This document shows, one piece after another, positions 63,491-64,000 of a DNA stretch of 64,000 bases. Each line of letters begins with the position of its first letter. Position 1 is the stretch's first letter. Origin of the DNA: an uncultured Chloroflexia bacterium (lineage in GTDB: Bacteria; Chloroflexota; Limnocylindria; QHBO01); the NCBI GenBank assembly GCA_963773695.1, contig CAVZCE010000001.1, forward strand, positions 205,702 through 269,701, read 5' to 3'. Under the pieces are notes generated by a model. That model worked only from the letters and a program-made list of their open reading frames with translations, searched no databases and had not been told where the DNA came from. A program made the position numbers and the translations under genes.

Positions 63491-64000
63491 GCCGCCTCCC
63501 CCGGGGAGAAGGCGTAGCCAACGCCGCGCACCGTTCGGAAGTAGTTGTGCCCGTCGGCGGCGCGCAGCTTGGAGCGCAGCCAGCTGACGTGGACGTCAAC
63601 GGTGCGCCCGTCGCCGACGTAGTCGTAGCCCCAGATCCGCGTCAGGAGCTGGTCGCGGGTGAAGATGCGGCCGGGATGATCGGCCAGGTAGGCGAGCAGC
63701 TCGAATTCCTTCGTGGTGAGGTGCACCGCTTCGCCGCGGACGCGCAGCTCGCGGTGCTCCCGGTCGATCTCGATCTCGCCCAGCCGGATCGGCGAGGCAG
63801 CGTCTCGCTCCGCCTGTTCGTCGCGGTCGCCGTGGTCCCGGCGGCTGCGACGGAGCACGGACTCGATGCGGGCCAGCAGCTCGGGACGGGAGAACGGCTT
63901 GGCGATGTAGTCGTCCGCGCCGACCTTGAGTCCGACCACCCGGTCGATCTCCTCGCCCTTGGCGGAGAGGATGATCACCGGAGTGTCGCGTCCCTCGCGA
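63487..64000 (-). CDS. OmpR-family response regulator (5' end beyond the window; end of the receiver domain plus the winged-helix domain visible)
   Basis: ...ILSAKGEEIDRVVGLKVGADDYIAKPFSRPELLARIESVLRR... is followed by the winged helix (FRTVRGVGYAF). Confidence 0.8.
   Translation of the reverse strand, partial: REGRDTPVIILSAKGEEIDRVVGLKVGADDYIAKPFSRPELLARIESVLRRSRRDHGDRDEQAERDAASPIRLGEIEIDREHRELRVRGEAVHLTTKEFELLAYLADHPGRIFTRDQLLTRIWGYDYVGDGRTVDVHVSWLRSKLRAADGHNYFRTVRGVGYAFSPGEAA

Overview
The window is a very GC-rich chromosomal core region with strong GC3 codon bias. Its gene content suggests an Actinomycetota-like lineage (for example a Thermoleophilia- or Acidimicrobiia-type genome). No mobile elements, CRISPR arrays or rRNA genes are present. 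Coding density is high, and many long ORFs in the six-frame track are antisense artefacts of the GC bias.

Recognisable content, in order:
- the 3' truncated rplY (L25/Ctc) gene
- an MprAB-PepD-type module (OmpR response regulator, HAMP histidine kinase, HtrA/PDZ protease)
- a folC-folP-folB folate operon preceded by an unusual 12-Cys protein
- trxA
- a PASTA Ser/Thr kinase followed by a GGACTC-motif repeat region
- galU
- a small zinc-ribbon protein next to tRNA-Glu(UUC)
- an MsrP/YedY-like Mo-oxidoreductase
- a LigB-type ATP-dependent DNA ligase, and Ku with a catalytically degenerate LigD-like ligase domain immediately downstream
- OsmC, Bcp and a single-domain response regulator
- a WYL regulator - CYTH - O-antigen-ligase/TPR operon
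- a 1154-aa HTH-GAF-GGDEF-HD signalling protein
- a secreted beta-propeller / M23 peptidase / lipoprotein operon
- a TPP riboswitch controlling a thiN - ECF (YkoEDC-like) thiamine-salvage operon
- an SbcD/SbcC-like nuclease pair
- a PIG-L deacetylase and PBP2
- a promoter-led operon encoding a GltD/NfnB-like NAD(P)H Fe-S flavoprotein translationally coupled to a split cytochrome b6 / subunit IV / Rieske / diheme cytochrome c complex plus two membrane proteins
- a long-form class II aldolase
- a GbsR-type regulator and an ErpA-type Fe-S carrier
- an aminotransferase coupled to a long transketolase
- an ECF sigma factor with an anti-sigma factor carrying an extracytoplasmic Rieske domain
- an fRMsr-type GAF protein, HxlR and MarR regulators
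- a PAS histidine kinase and an OmpR response regulator whose 5' end runs off the window.

The most unusual items are the flavoprotein-led Rieske/cyt b complex, the dead ligase beside Ku, and the Rieske-domain anti-sigma factor.
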